DNA of 64,000 bases from Tubulanus polymorphus (taxonomy: Eukaryota > Animalia > Nemertea), in NCBI RefSeq assembly GCF_964204645.1, contig NC_134026.1, forward strand, positions 5,727,950-5,791,949. Reading direction: 5' to 3'. Of the stretch, positions 12,425 through 23,446 are shown piece by piece. Positions within the stretch are counted from its first letter, which is position 1. Every line of letters begins with the position of its first letter. A model generated the notes under the pieces. The model ran no database searches. It worked only from the letters and a program-made list of their open reading frames with translations, and was not told the origin of the DNA. Made by a program: the position numbers and the translations under genes.

Positions 12425-13227
12425 ACAGATAGATTAACCATGGCGAATCGTCTGAATTTTTATCTAAACATCGAAGAAGAATGAATTTTTTATTTTGATT
12501 CTATCAATACATAACAAGAGAAGGTTTTTAGATGTACCGAAGATCGAGGAATGACGAAATCGTTTCATCCATGTATGTTCTCTAGAGTCCGGACGATGTC
12601 GCGTCAATTTTCAACGGCTCCATCTGTCATAAATTGACAATATCAAATAACGTCTGCATTAGCCACCCATCCATCGCAGTGATATCCATCACATCAATTC
12701 GTAGTTTATCTTCAAGTAAGTCATTATTGGCACCCTTGGGGACATTGTTTGTATAAGTGCAGATCCTAGTCGTCGTTTTATTCTTTAAAGCAGTTATTTC
12801 AAAGTCAGATTTATATCTAACCGATTTGACCGATCGGCAGACCTCGATTCCAGTGGAAAGCCGTGACCTGCCTGCCCGCAATAGCAGACGTGGATAAATT
12901 ACGAGTGAACAAGTGACCCGGTCGCTGGTATTACAACTGATCCCATCTGCAGCAATTAACTATTACACTGATGCCGGGAAATGGTCTCTCCGGAGGAAAA
13001 TTCCATTGATCACGCATTATCTAAGGACTCCACGTGAATTTATGAGACGCAACTCGTAAAACCGGTGACAGAATGATCTCATAAAATACTAGAAATAATG
13101 CGCAAGGATATTGCCGGCTATTATTTTAAGTCGCGTCCAGCCATATTTCACTCGCCGGCCAGACGACGCAACAGCCCACCCACTTCTTCCTAAGGCCGCA
13201 CTCGATCAACGGATCAAAAGCCGTGAT

Positions 13228-13345
13228 CATCACGAGCGTTTATGGCCCGTGCTAAATTTGACCCAGAACAACTGTTCAAGCGGGTGCAAAATGGGCCTGT
13301 GCCAATTTTGCCCGGCCCAAATTGTCGCCGTGTGATCGCGACTTA
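13228..13345. mobile_element. Short degenerate MITE-like inverted repeat
   Basis: AAGCCGTGATCATCACG ... CGTGTGATCGCGACTT imperfect termini with internal GGCCCG/CGGGC repeats. Confidence 0.3.
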
Positions 13346-15564
13346 AGTTATCAGCGTCTCGTCTACTTGGCATTCGTGGCTTGTTTATGGGCACTGATTT
13401 GTTTCCTACGAGTAGTAGTGGCGTGACACGCTTTCCTGCATTATCCCGACTGAGAGAGCTGGCTGGTGTTGCTTTTTATCAAATCTTTGATAAAAAAACA
13501 GAAGATTTCTAATAGAGTTCAGTTATAACATAGTACTATCATCTATTGCTTTGTCATCGTTCTTCTTTTTATTACTTTTTATGATTATCATTATAATTTC
13601 CATTATGATTATCATTGTTTATTATTAGTATTATTATTATCTTTATGGTTGTTGTTAGAGTATTATTTTGCCCGTTTCAGCCTCGGCGCTGCGTATTTTG
13701 AAGCCCTCGCGGCGATGGCTTTGCGAGGAAAATTTATCGAAGAGGAAAGCGTTGCTATGCGACAGTTTAGTCCTGCGCTTCATCATCGAGTGCCGATCGG
13801 TTTAGAATCCCTGCACTCAGTGGAAGTACGTGTCTTCACAAACACAAGCGACAATTCACCGAGACCACGAATTTATGTCAACGCACGGTGTCATATCTCG
13901 CCAACATGCATCGGTAAGTCAGACATGTTATTTTTGTCGTCGTAGATAGATCAGCTAAATTTCGCGTCGTCTTAATAGCAGCGATTCTTTTTGTATCCGT
14001 CGCGGCGCCACAAGAAACCGAATCCAAGATCAATTGCTACTTTAGACGTTCTCAAGTAGAAAATATTGACTCTCAGAGTTAAGTCAATACTTAGGTGCTC
14101 GTATCAGTGGGCTGGATAATTAATATAATTGCTCCGTTAGAAATACGACTTGTAACCGACGCTTCATCGCCAGAACACCGACAGCAGTTTTTTTTTTGTT
14201 GTGAAGGCCTCGCGACGTTTTCTTTATTGTACAGGAAACTTATTCTAATCTAAAAAGCGCAAGACATTAGCGTACTGTGTATCCATCTATGAGAAAGCCC
14301 ATTAGCCAGCCGAGCTAATCGTATTGCAGATATGATACATTGCGGTTAATCTGAAAGATTGATAAATCCTTTGTAAGGAATAAAAGGCATTATAATTAAT
14401 GATGGGTAGAGACCGTACCGAGTATGACGCTTCCAAATAATTGATGGCGTTCTTTTTCTTTTCGTAGATAAGATTTCTTTGCTATATTCATATTAAAAAA
14501 CCCGGATAATACTATGACTTGGGTATAATGGCGCAAAATTGAACACGTCTTAATACTTTCTATGATATGATATCAAAATCTTCGTTACATCATACAAAAT
14601 TGTGCTTTTCTTATTTTCTGCAAACCCCAGCGCAATATCATACGTAACTATCGTAAATAGTTAATGCATTGTAGATATGTATCTTCCAGAGATTTCTTTT
14701 CACAAACAGTGTCTCACGAAGTTGAATCGGCAATTCAATTCCCTTACGTCTATCGTGCGTTTTGACTTTTCGGCAGCGTTTGTTCATCAAATACCCGCGC
14801 GTTCACTCGTTGACTCACCCGCTGGATGATAATCTCCAAGCAAACGAATAATGTAATCATCACTTGGCGAAGTAAAATGCAGAAGAAGAACAAAATATAT
14901 ACAAATTATAGTAGGAAATATGGAATATGAGAGTGTTTAGAACCTTAACCGCGTTGCAGATATCTAAGTTTAGATTTGATCATACCGGCTTTACTCAGAT
15001 AAAAGGGAATTGGTGAACAATTCGCAATCTGTCGCTCTTGTTTAAAGAGATTTGAAGAGGTTTAAAGAGGATTTAACGCTTATTAAAAGCGCAGTGTAAA
15101 CCATGTATACAGCGTTCGGAAATTTGTTGTTGATTTTGTGTATTTCATGTTTACGACAACTGTTCCATTGTCAATAATCTACGTTGGTTTTAGGATACGC
15201 CGAATACTAGCGTTGAAGTGTGTTTAGCCGTGGATTCTAAAGAACATCTGACAGACTCACGTCGATGACGAGGATATTTTCGAATTTGAAAATTAAATCG
15301 ATTTCTTTCATTGATTATCGATCTTTTTCGTTTGAACAACTGGAAACGTAGCGGAGACCTAACGTTAGGGAATATATCGTTATCAGAAATGATGTGTGTC
15401 AGTACTGTCACTCGAATTCTGACAAAACACGTCCATGATCATAATGTTGTTTTGAAAAAACTTATTCGCAAAAATCATACATAACTTAGTCGAACTTGAA
15501 ATAATACTCTAGACTGTGTTTCTTTCGTCAGATCTCTTTACGTGTGGACTACTGTTTATTGGCA

Positions 15565-15880
15565 TTAAAGATCAATGAAGTTATTTTTGATTTGAATATA
15601 TCGCTAATTGAATTAAATTGACCGGCAACCAGTCTAGCCCGGATATATTGATGACGTTATGCTCATCCTTTTGAAAAATAATAATTGAAATTCATCAAAG
15701 ATAGAATAAGAGTTTTGAAATCATACAAAATAAACGCCAAAAATTCACTATTGTTATTGTTATTTTAAAACGCTAATATTGACGACGTAGTGCACATCGA
15801 CTCACACAGAACCCCTTAAATAACGCATACTCAATTATATATATAAACATTATTGTAACGGTTTTTACGGCGTTAAAAAG
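15565..15880 (+). repeat. Dispersed repeat family A, copy 1
   Basis: Shared blocks ACCGGCAACCAGTCTAGCCC, ATATTGATGACGT, GACGTAGTGCACATCGACTCACACAGAACCC, TATTGTAACGGTTTTTACGGCGT, also found near 16.9, 33.0, 40.1, 42.1 and 42.8 kb. Confidence 0.8.
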
Positions 15881-16789
15881 AAATATTGGATTTATAGATT
15901 CGTGGCATAAGAAGCAAAAGATTGATCAAACGCCAACGGCTCGAGTCGGCCCCTTAACGAATTAGGTCTTGACTGATTTCGTCGCGTGATAAATCGTCAA
16001 GTAGGCTGCCTACTGTTTGTGAAGAGGACGTTGCGTATATGAGCGCGATAAATATGATTTATACCGCTGGACGCCGGGGTTCTTCGACGACGCGCAACGT
16101 GCTTCACTTCAATATACCTAATATAGCCGACGTAAACTACACTAATATTTCTCGATTTGCCGGCGCTGAATCCGCGTTTGAACGATCTCTTCAACCAGTG
16201 CGTAACGTACTTAATCAGTCGCGAATTATAAGTCAATGGCAGGTAATTCATCAGTTTCAGTCTAGCATTGTGCATTCAGTTACGCGTATCGTTAATTATT
16301 AACTAATAATGCGATTGCGTGAAATATGACGAAGAGACGTTCGAGCGCTCGTCGCACAGAGGACACTTACAAGAAATAGGGGTAAAACACGTAATTGTAA
16401 CTATACTCGTGTGTGCTGTAACTGTTTTTGTTATCAATCAAGAAACGGAAGCGACAAAGTAACACGACTCGCGAGAAGTAGCTGTTTTTTAATTCTTCAT
16501 TTTATGAACGCCAACATTCGGTCGTATCAGCATATGCATCTTGGTTCTGCATCGCACCTCGTACGCGAGTAAAGGGTCCATCTTCAGTTTCTCTGACCAT
16601 AGAACGAACTTGTTCTGCATTCAAATGCGTTCTTAAATCACACCTTTCTTCGCTGATGTAGTTGTTAATCTTTAGTTATAGTGATGATTACGTAATTGAA
16701 AAACTGGAATGCACTCACTATACATTTCAGTATCACGCCGGCGTTTCACCGCTTTCATGAATTAGCAACATTTTACGGCGAAGCAGTAT

Positions 16790-17150
16790 AAGAAACTAAC
16801 TTCAAAGCTTTTTTTTAAATAACATATATTGTTATAGTATTGTCGACAATGAATCATATAATATAAACCATACGATACTAAGGATCAATTAAATCATTTT
16901 CGATTTGAATATATCGATAATTTTATCGAATTGTCTAACCGGCAACCAGTCTAATATTTATGACGTAGTGCACTCACACGGAAGCCCTTGAATAACGCAT
17001 AATAGGCCTCTAAACATTATTGTAAAGTACGGTGCTCCGGAGGTGACATGGTGAGGAATAAACATTTTTTTCGTGGGAACGAAAAACAAATATTTGTTTT
17101 TCACCGTGTCACCTCCGGGGTCCGTAGTAACGGTTTTAACGGCGTCAAAA
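16790..17150 (+). repeat. Dispersed repeat family A, copy 2 (interrupted by MITE 17028-17126)
   Basis: ACCGGCAACCAGTCTA at ~16939, TGACGTAGTGCAC, and GTAACGGTTTTAACGGCGT resuming after the insertion. Confidence 0.75.
17028..17126. mobile_element. 99-bp MITE inserted in repeat A
   Basis: TACGGTGCTCCGGAGGTGACATGGTGA ... TCACCGTGTCACCTCCGGGGTCCGTA inverted termini. It splits the TATTGTAA|CGGTTTT motif that is intact in copy 1. Confidence 0.75.
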
Positions 17151-18856
17151 AACACACCATGCAATAGATCTCTGGCGATGTATCAACGTCCCGCCAGTTA
17201 AGTTACATTTTGTATGTTTCTTGCATCAAATTATTTCGCATAGGGAAATTCAGCTTCCGAAGAAATTGCGATTACTACATAATTGGATTCGTATTCGATA
17301 TACATAATTGCGGGAATGAGAACAAATATTTCATGATACACTGATGCAGGATATATATATGTTTAGGGAATATCCTTGGGGGTGAGCATAGGTGTAATTG
17401 AAATGGACGAATTTCATTTACCTAATGCTATACCTGCATCATAGTAAACAGAGAATGAATACGCCACTATGGGAGGTGGTGGCAGTGTCTGTATTTGAGT
17501 ATCAATAACGCATTGTTGCAAAACGTGTAACTGTATGGCAGTAAAGCACAACGCACACGTCGCAGGAGAGGCACGTGAACAAACATGTTTGATTTCGGAA
17601 ACGTTGTCCCCGACACCCCATGTTTCTCGTTTCTCGGAAACAGAAACATGTTTCCGGCATGTTTCTGTCTCCTGTTAAAACGGTTTACCAGATCCGATAT
17701 GTTTGTTTTCGTGTTTCTGCGTTTCCCCGTTTCTCTGAATTGGGCTTTTGGAACAAAAAAGTGTTTCTTTATGGTGGTCAGTAGCCATATATTGACTTTT
17801 AGATCCAAATTTCCAAAGTTGATTAAAAAATGAATTAGTTTTTAAAACACGCAAGAGATAGACAGACGCTTTCCATCCCGTGGGAGAGTTGTAGTTACAG
17901 TTCCCAGTTATTGTTAGTACGCAAGGCTTAGGTTCTTCAATCCACCGCGAATTGAGAGGCGAGTGTGCAGATACGATGTCAACGATATCTTCATTGTCTG
18001 CCGTGTATCGGTGGCTTTTCCGCGGCATTAATAAACATCTCAACTACGGTTTTCGGCGAAGAACCACTTTTCCGTATTCTGGATACTTGAGCCAAGTTGC
18101 CTTCGCTGTAGGATATGAACAACAAAACAATAAGCGCGATCCGTTTATACGCGTGTTTAATTAGAATGGCTGACGGCGTCGCGTTAAACAGTATTAAATA
18201 CGTCTTAAAGGCGGTACTTATCACGTGAACGATCTGTCCTCGCTTCGGAGAAGAAAACCACCTCCAACGCCAATAATTCTATCCGTGTATTGAAACAAAG
18301 ATTTATGAAACCCGTTATCCGCATTTATGACATTTCGTTCGATTTGCGGAATCCGGTGTCCTCGCTGTTGTGCAGCCATATTTCGCGTCGGAGACTTCAG
18401 TGAGGAATTGGATTTGAATAAGCCGCAGTAAATCATCAATCATTTTCTCGTTTGCAAACTGGCAGAGCATATAGAGAGGAATAGGATGTGTTCGCATCAC
18501 GCCCGCTTTAATGCGGAAAATCGTTCAAAAATGGTAATAAATGTTCGTTTGATTAGCCCAATACAAAAGATAATGACCATTTCAAGTTATACATCAAAGG
18601 AATCACGGTTTTCGCTGTTCGGGTGGGTTTTTCTATTTGGTGCCAATCCGCTACTCCCGGGAATTGAATTCTTATAATTGTGTATTCAATACATAGAAAT
18701 TTAGAATAGAAAAGACACGATAACATTCGACGCGGTCTGTGATCATCAAAGTCATGAGCCATATGATCCATCTTCACCCATCATGGGATTCGAACCCACT
18801 ACGCTTAAGCTGTTCCCGAACCCTTTACCTCGCGACTAGTTACTGCCAACCAGAAT

Positions 18857-18965
18857 CCAATCGGGCCAATCACAGCGCCATTAGTTGTTCGATTTCCCGT
18901 TAAATGGACCAATCAACCAACATTTTTGCAAGTTGTTATATGACGTCATGCGCAAAAGGACCAAT
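18857..18965. promoter_or_regulatory. CCAAT-box cluster plus palindromic CRE (candidate promoter/enhancer)
   Basis: CCAAT at 18857, 18866, 18909 and 18961, and TGACGTCA at 18941-18948, all within ~110 bp. Confidence 0.35.
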
Positions 18966-20164
18966 AATGAAATCGCACGTCGTGAGGCCAGGGGGCTGGT
19001 TGAAGTGACTTAGAGGTAACGGGCCCCTGGCAAATGAGGATGACCATCATCTTACAAACATATGAAAAACCGAAATTTCGTAAATGCATCAAATATTGCG
19101 TGGTATAAGAATGTCCGAGACTAATGAAAACATGACGTTCATGTTCTTGGCTCGTCATGTAGGATTTCAGGCTTTTATACGCGAATGCCATGTCATGTCC
19201 TGTCACATCAAGATTTGCCTTGTTAACAATCTACGGCGTTGATGCGCGCCGACTCTCCCGGTGCTCGTATATTTAGTGCCGACTAGGGCGACGCGGCAAT
19301 AGAAACGATAATATTCATCGTCGGGAGACTTTGCTCGCATCATCTTGAGCACAATTCTTATACATCTCGAGAGAGCATTTCTAGCATTTCATTACTGAGA
19401 TGATCTCGTGTGAACCACTAACGCGCTGACTGTTCACTATCTACACAACGTTCCCCGCTGCTTCTAATTCCATGCGATGATGACAATGCTACCCCCGACA
19501 TACGTGCTCAGATTCTGAATTATCAATAGTTTAATGAAAATAAATATTATCTGTCGCGTATATGATACGAGCTATTTTGCATTCCATTTGAATATCGTTT
19601 GGAAATACATCAATGGAGCCGCAGATGGTAGAAGCGATACGATCCCGTTATCGGTGAGACACGCAACAGATCGCCGGTACATTCTAGATTCAAGAGAAAT
19701 ATGATTGATTGAAGGATTATACGTGGGCAGTATTTTTCGGCGAGGGTCGAATGGGAACAGCTTTATACAATAACTAACACAAATTACATACGTATATATG
19801 AAGAAATAGCCTACGTATGATTATGATATAATACTTCACATTCGGGTATATCATAGAACACAATGTTTTTCTATGTTTATTAAGGTACTGTCCTGTACAT
19901 CAGCGTTCCGTACGTCTGCAAATATCGAAGTACATGCGTTTGGGTATATCAGCGTACATTGCTGAGCATCCAGTAGGGTTAATAATCCATCGAGGCATTG
20001 ATGTATATTGGGAGTACGCAAATGTATGTACATTTATGTGCAGTGGACCACGGGGTACTGACATAAGTATATACATATTCAGATTCACGGTTTAGCGTCG
20101 ACATTGATCATCCTCGATTACCAGGGTTTGATTGCCACTCACTGAAGCTCACGCCAACAGAAAT

Positions 20165-20402
20165 CCTGGCCGCAGACCCTTCATTGGTCTATTACAACGT
20201 CCATCATTTCTTGGGCAGACAGGTTGCCGCTCAGCGGCCACCAGTCTATGTATTAAGCAAATCAGGTTCATTGTTTTTCACCGACAGTTTCGTTCTATCA
20301 ATACAACGCACTGGTTGGCTAGATATATAGACTGGTGGCCGCTAAGCGGCCCAATGAAGACCTGTAGTCTGCTTGAAGAGCAACGAAGGGTCTACGGCCA
20401 GG
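20165..20402. mobile_element. MITE (family C) with nested inverted repeats
   Basis: Termini CCTGGCCGCAGACCCTTCATTG ... CAACGAAGGGTCTACGGCCAGG; inner IR GCCGCTCAGCGGCCACCAGTCTAT / ATAGACTGGTGGCCGCTAAGCGGC. Confidence 0.7.
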
Positions 20403-20636
20403 GCGAACATCGGTTTTCGTAGCTACGCGGTCAACTGTCGGAACTAATAACCGAACGCTAGTTCGGTCGTAACGTATTTCATAAAGTGATCGGCCATCTT
20501 GAAAACGTCCGAACTACTGCAACCGTGCTTAATCACGTGGTCGACCATTTCGGGACCATAGTTCCGGCTAACTGACATTCGGTTTCACTTAGTTTGACAA
20601 TAGTCGACTAACTCCGATAACCGAGGTTCGCCCAGG
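20398..20636. mobile_element. MITE family B, copy 1
   Basis: TIRs CCAGGGCGAACATCGGTTTTC / GATAACCGAGGTTCGCCCAGG; homologous in reverse orientation to 27458-27698. Confidence 0.8.
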
Positions 20637-21251
20637 ATTGTGTTGGCGTGAGCTTCGGCGGTAGGCAATCAAACCCTGGCAAGCGAGGATGAGGATTGAT
20701 AGATCTATCGCATGTCGGTTGTTCGGTATACCGGGTGTCGATGATCCGCAATTCCGGCAATTTCACGTTGCGGAAAAATTGTTGACACACAATGGCCGTA
20801 AATACGTATTTATGTGATTTGATTCCGGTGTTTTAGTCGGCTAGACGTAGACAGAACGGATGGAGCCTGCCAGTGTTCAGTGTGACTGATAGCCGGAATT
20901 TAGGAGTGAAGCACCATCGTGATAACCGATGACACGTATACACTATATATCGACCAACTTCTCGTACGCGCACCTTAAAAACGTTCCTTTATGCGTCACT
21001 CGGATATGATTATCATCGTTAAAAATATACGTGATCGCGTAGTAGAAGTCGTGATCTAACGCGAATCTTGATTTTGGACTGCATAAGGTGATACACCAAG
21101 TTCGTCTGCGTTCGAAAAAGTGGCCCAAATGTAGAATCCGGGGTAATAGTACAAAGGTGTTGGAACATATTCCATACTTTGGTTGTGATTCGGTTCTTCA
21201 TTTTGACGTGACGTCATGTTCACAGTGCCATGGTATATACTATGGGCAACT

Positions 21252-21358
21252 GTTTGACTGCTGGTTGACTGGGTAACTGGCCGACTGGATGACTAGTCGA
21301 CTGGTTGACTGCTGGTTGACTGGCCATCTCGATGGCTGATTGGACTGGCCGACTGGAT
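21252..21358. repeat. Degenerate GACTG(G/C)TT/GACTGGCC minisatellite
   Basis: Repeated TTGACTGCTGGTTGACTGG and CTGGCCGACTGGATGA units. Confidence 0.55.
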
Positions 21359-23242
21359 GAGAACACATGATTTCACTTGACCTCATCCTATTAACTACCA
21401 CTGAGGTGTTTTGAAAATAGATTCAACGCTAACTTTCATAACGCTAATGGTTTTTCATAAATCTGTTTGGAAATTACGAATCTATTTCTGTTGTTTTACA
21501 TCCGTCTATTTCATTTCTGATTAGTTCCACTTAATTTTCACGAATGCGCAACTTGCGCTCCCATTTTTAAAATCTAATCCCTATGACAGAAATATCACAG
21601 GCGACAATATCGAGCGACTATTTTCGTCTGTTTGTCGATACGAGCAAACGAAGATTAAATATATTAAGAACTGTCTGCGAATGTCGTTTGAAAATAACGA
21701 ACAATTGCCGTCCTATCAGCAATGCTTCAAAACATCGATCAAATTCGATACATTTTACGTGAATACAATTAACCCTTCACCAAAGAGATATATTCAATAT
21801 ATCATGTCAGCCCCGTGAGAAAATGTAATATTCTTCTACCCTGTGTTTTCTATGCATGACTACTGCGCGTATTATATTTCATCACGGGTTGACTTTTATC
21901 CTGTAAACGATGTATTCTTGACGTTACGTTTTACGTTCCTGTTGATAATTCATTCTATTCGCATATCCAGGGCCCACGGACAAGCTTTCAATCCAAGGGG
22001 CTTTACAAATGTGACAGTTATTCCACATTCTCGCCAGGGGATTAAAGCGCTTGGAACATTCTAACCGTATATGCGGTTCACTTTCGAATATTTAATCGAC
22101 ACAAAACGGGCTCCCGGAGAATTGATTGCGGAGTAGGGCCTTTCGTCGGCGATTAGCGAACTGATCGTAACGTACGCTTTGACGTGAATATTTGCTGATG
22201 GAAACAGTCGATGTTTATATATTGGATATTGCTAATCGATCCATATATTCAGGCGATGGTACGGCGAGGATGCGATCACATGTCGGTCATCGACTAATCA
22301 TGATTTATAGCTGAATTCCCGCAGCTGCTTATGCTATACACAACGGTATCTATCAGTAAGGATGAGGCCCGATAGAAACTAAGTAAAATCAGAGGTCTGT
22401 GACCGATGAGATTTCGTCGAAATCCTCGCTCAATCAATGCGCGGTCGCGATCCAATTGCCAGCTCGGTCCATCGACCTCAATGTTCTTCCGAAAAAGCAT
22501 CAGTTCGATTTCCATCATTTTTCAGCGAATTTGGCAAAAACGGCAATATAGAATGATCAATTTTCAGTGTATCGTGTATTTGGTTTATGGTTTTAATTAA
22601 GATTGCGGTGCACCATTGATGCGACGTAAATACGTAGATTCAATTATGAAGCGACACTTTATATGTAGGTGTGTTTATCTCTCGCATCTCTGTCTGTCTC
22701 TGAATCCTCATAATTTCGATAACGATTTATACGATGAAGCGATATAGTGAGATGTTGTGCGTATACGCGCGGGGCTTATACAGCAGGTGACATAATGCAC
22801 AAATTTTCAGTTCATTAATGATTGGTTTGTTAACCTCTCAAGAAGTTATACTCCAAACAGTCGAGACGCTTTACTCTTGATTCAATATCCTCCTGTGACG
22901 TGGGTGATTGACTTTACGCGGCTTGTTGAGGAGAAAGTCAAAATGGGATCCATCCTAACATACGTATATATATTTTTCACTATAGCCTACCTAAATATGC
23001 ATGGTATACGTATATGGTTTGACAATCCACGATTGAAGAGGATATCGTCTACAATTCATTCTATTTAAATGTCCATGCATTTTCTCATCTACGACGTTGT
23101 ACGTAAATCAATATATGAACGACCATCTTTAAAATCAATATTCACAGTTCTAATATAGTTTGATTTACATTTCAACTTAGGTATTTTTAGAATAACAATA
23201 GAAAATACGTATATGAATTTTGCCTTAAAGTGAAATTCTTAT

Positions 23243-23446
23243 TTAGTATGTATGGAGGCCGTTAAGTCTATCTTTGCGGTCAACAGTAATGGCGTTCGTT
23301 TCAGTTGTCCAAAATGAATCCCTTTTTTGCCGATTAAACCACGCTATTACCAGAAACGAAGCCATTACTATCAATATAAATGAGAGTAACATTGTTAATA
23401 ATTCATAGGCCTGGAGCTTTTTGATCACCTCGGCTACCCACTCCAT
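23243..23446 (-). CDS. Candidate small single-pass membrane protein (67 aa micropeptide)
   Basis: ATG at 23446 in context gtgATGG. MEWVAEVIKKLQAYE-LLTMLLSFILIVMASFLVIAWF-NRQKRD...GLHTY*: one 22-residue hydrophobic helix followed by a basic RQKR cluster. Confidence 0.5.
   Translation of the reverse strand: MEWVAEVIKKLQAYELLTMLLSFILIVMASFLVIAWFNRQKRDSFWTTETNAITVDRKDRLNGLHTY

Noticed and set aside
17467-18500. Cluster of overlapping 60-120 aa ORFs on both strands
   Set aside because: No recognisable domains or consistent splice frame; partly a decayed inverted repeat (~17572-17715).
18778-18830. tRNA-like B-box (GGGATTCGAACCC)
   Set aside because: No cloverleaf or acceptor stem; at most a SINE remnant. 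The same applies to GGGTTCGAGCCC near 44903.
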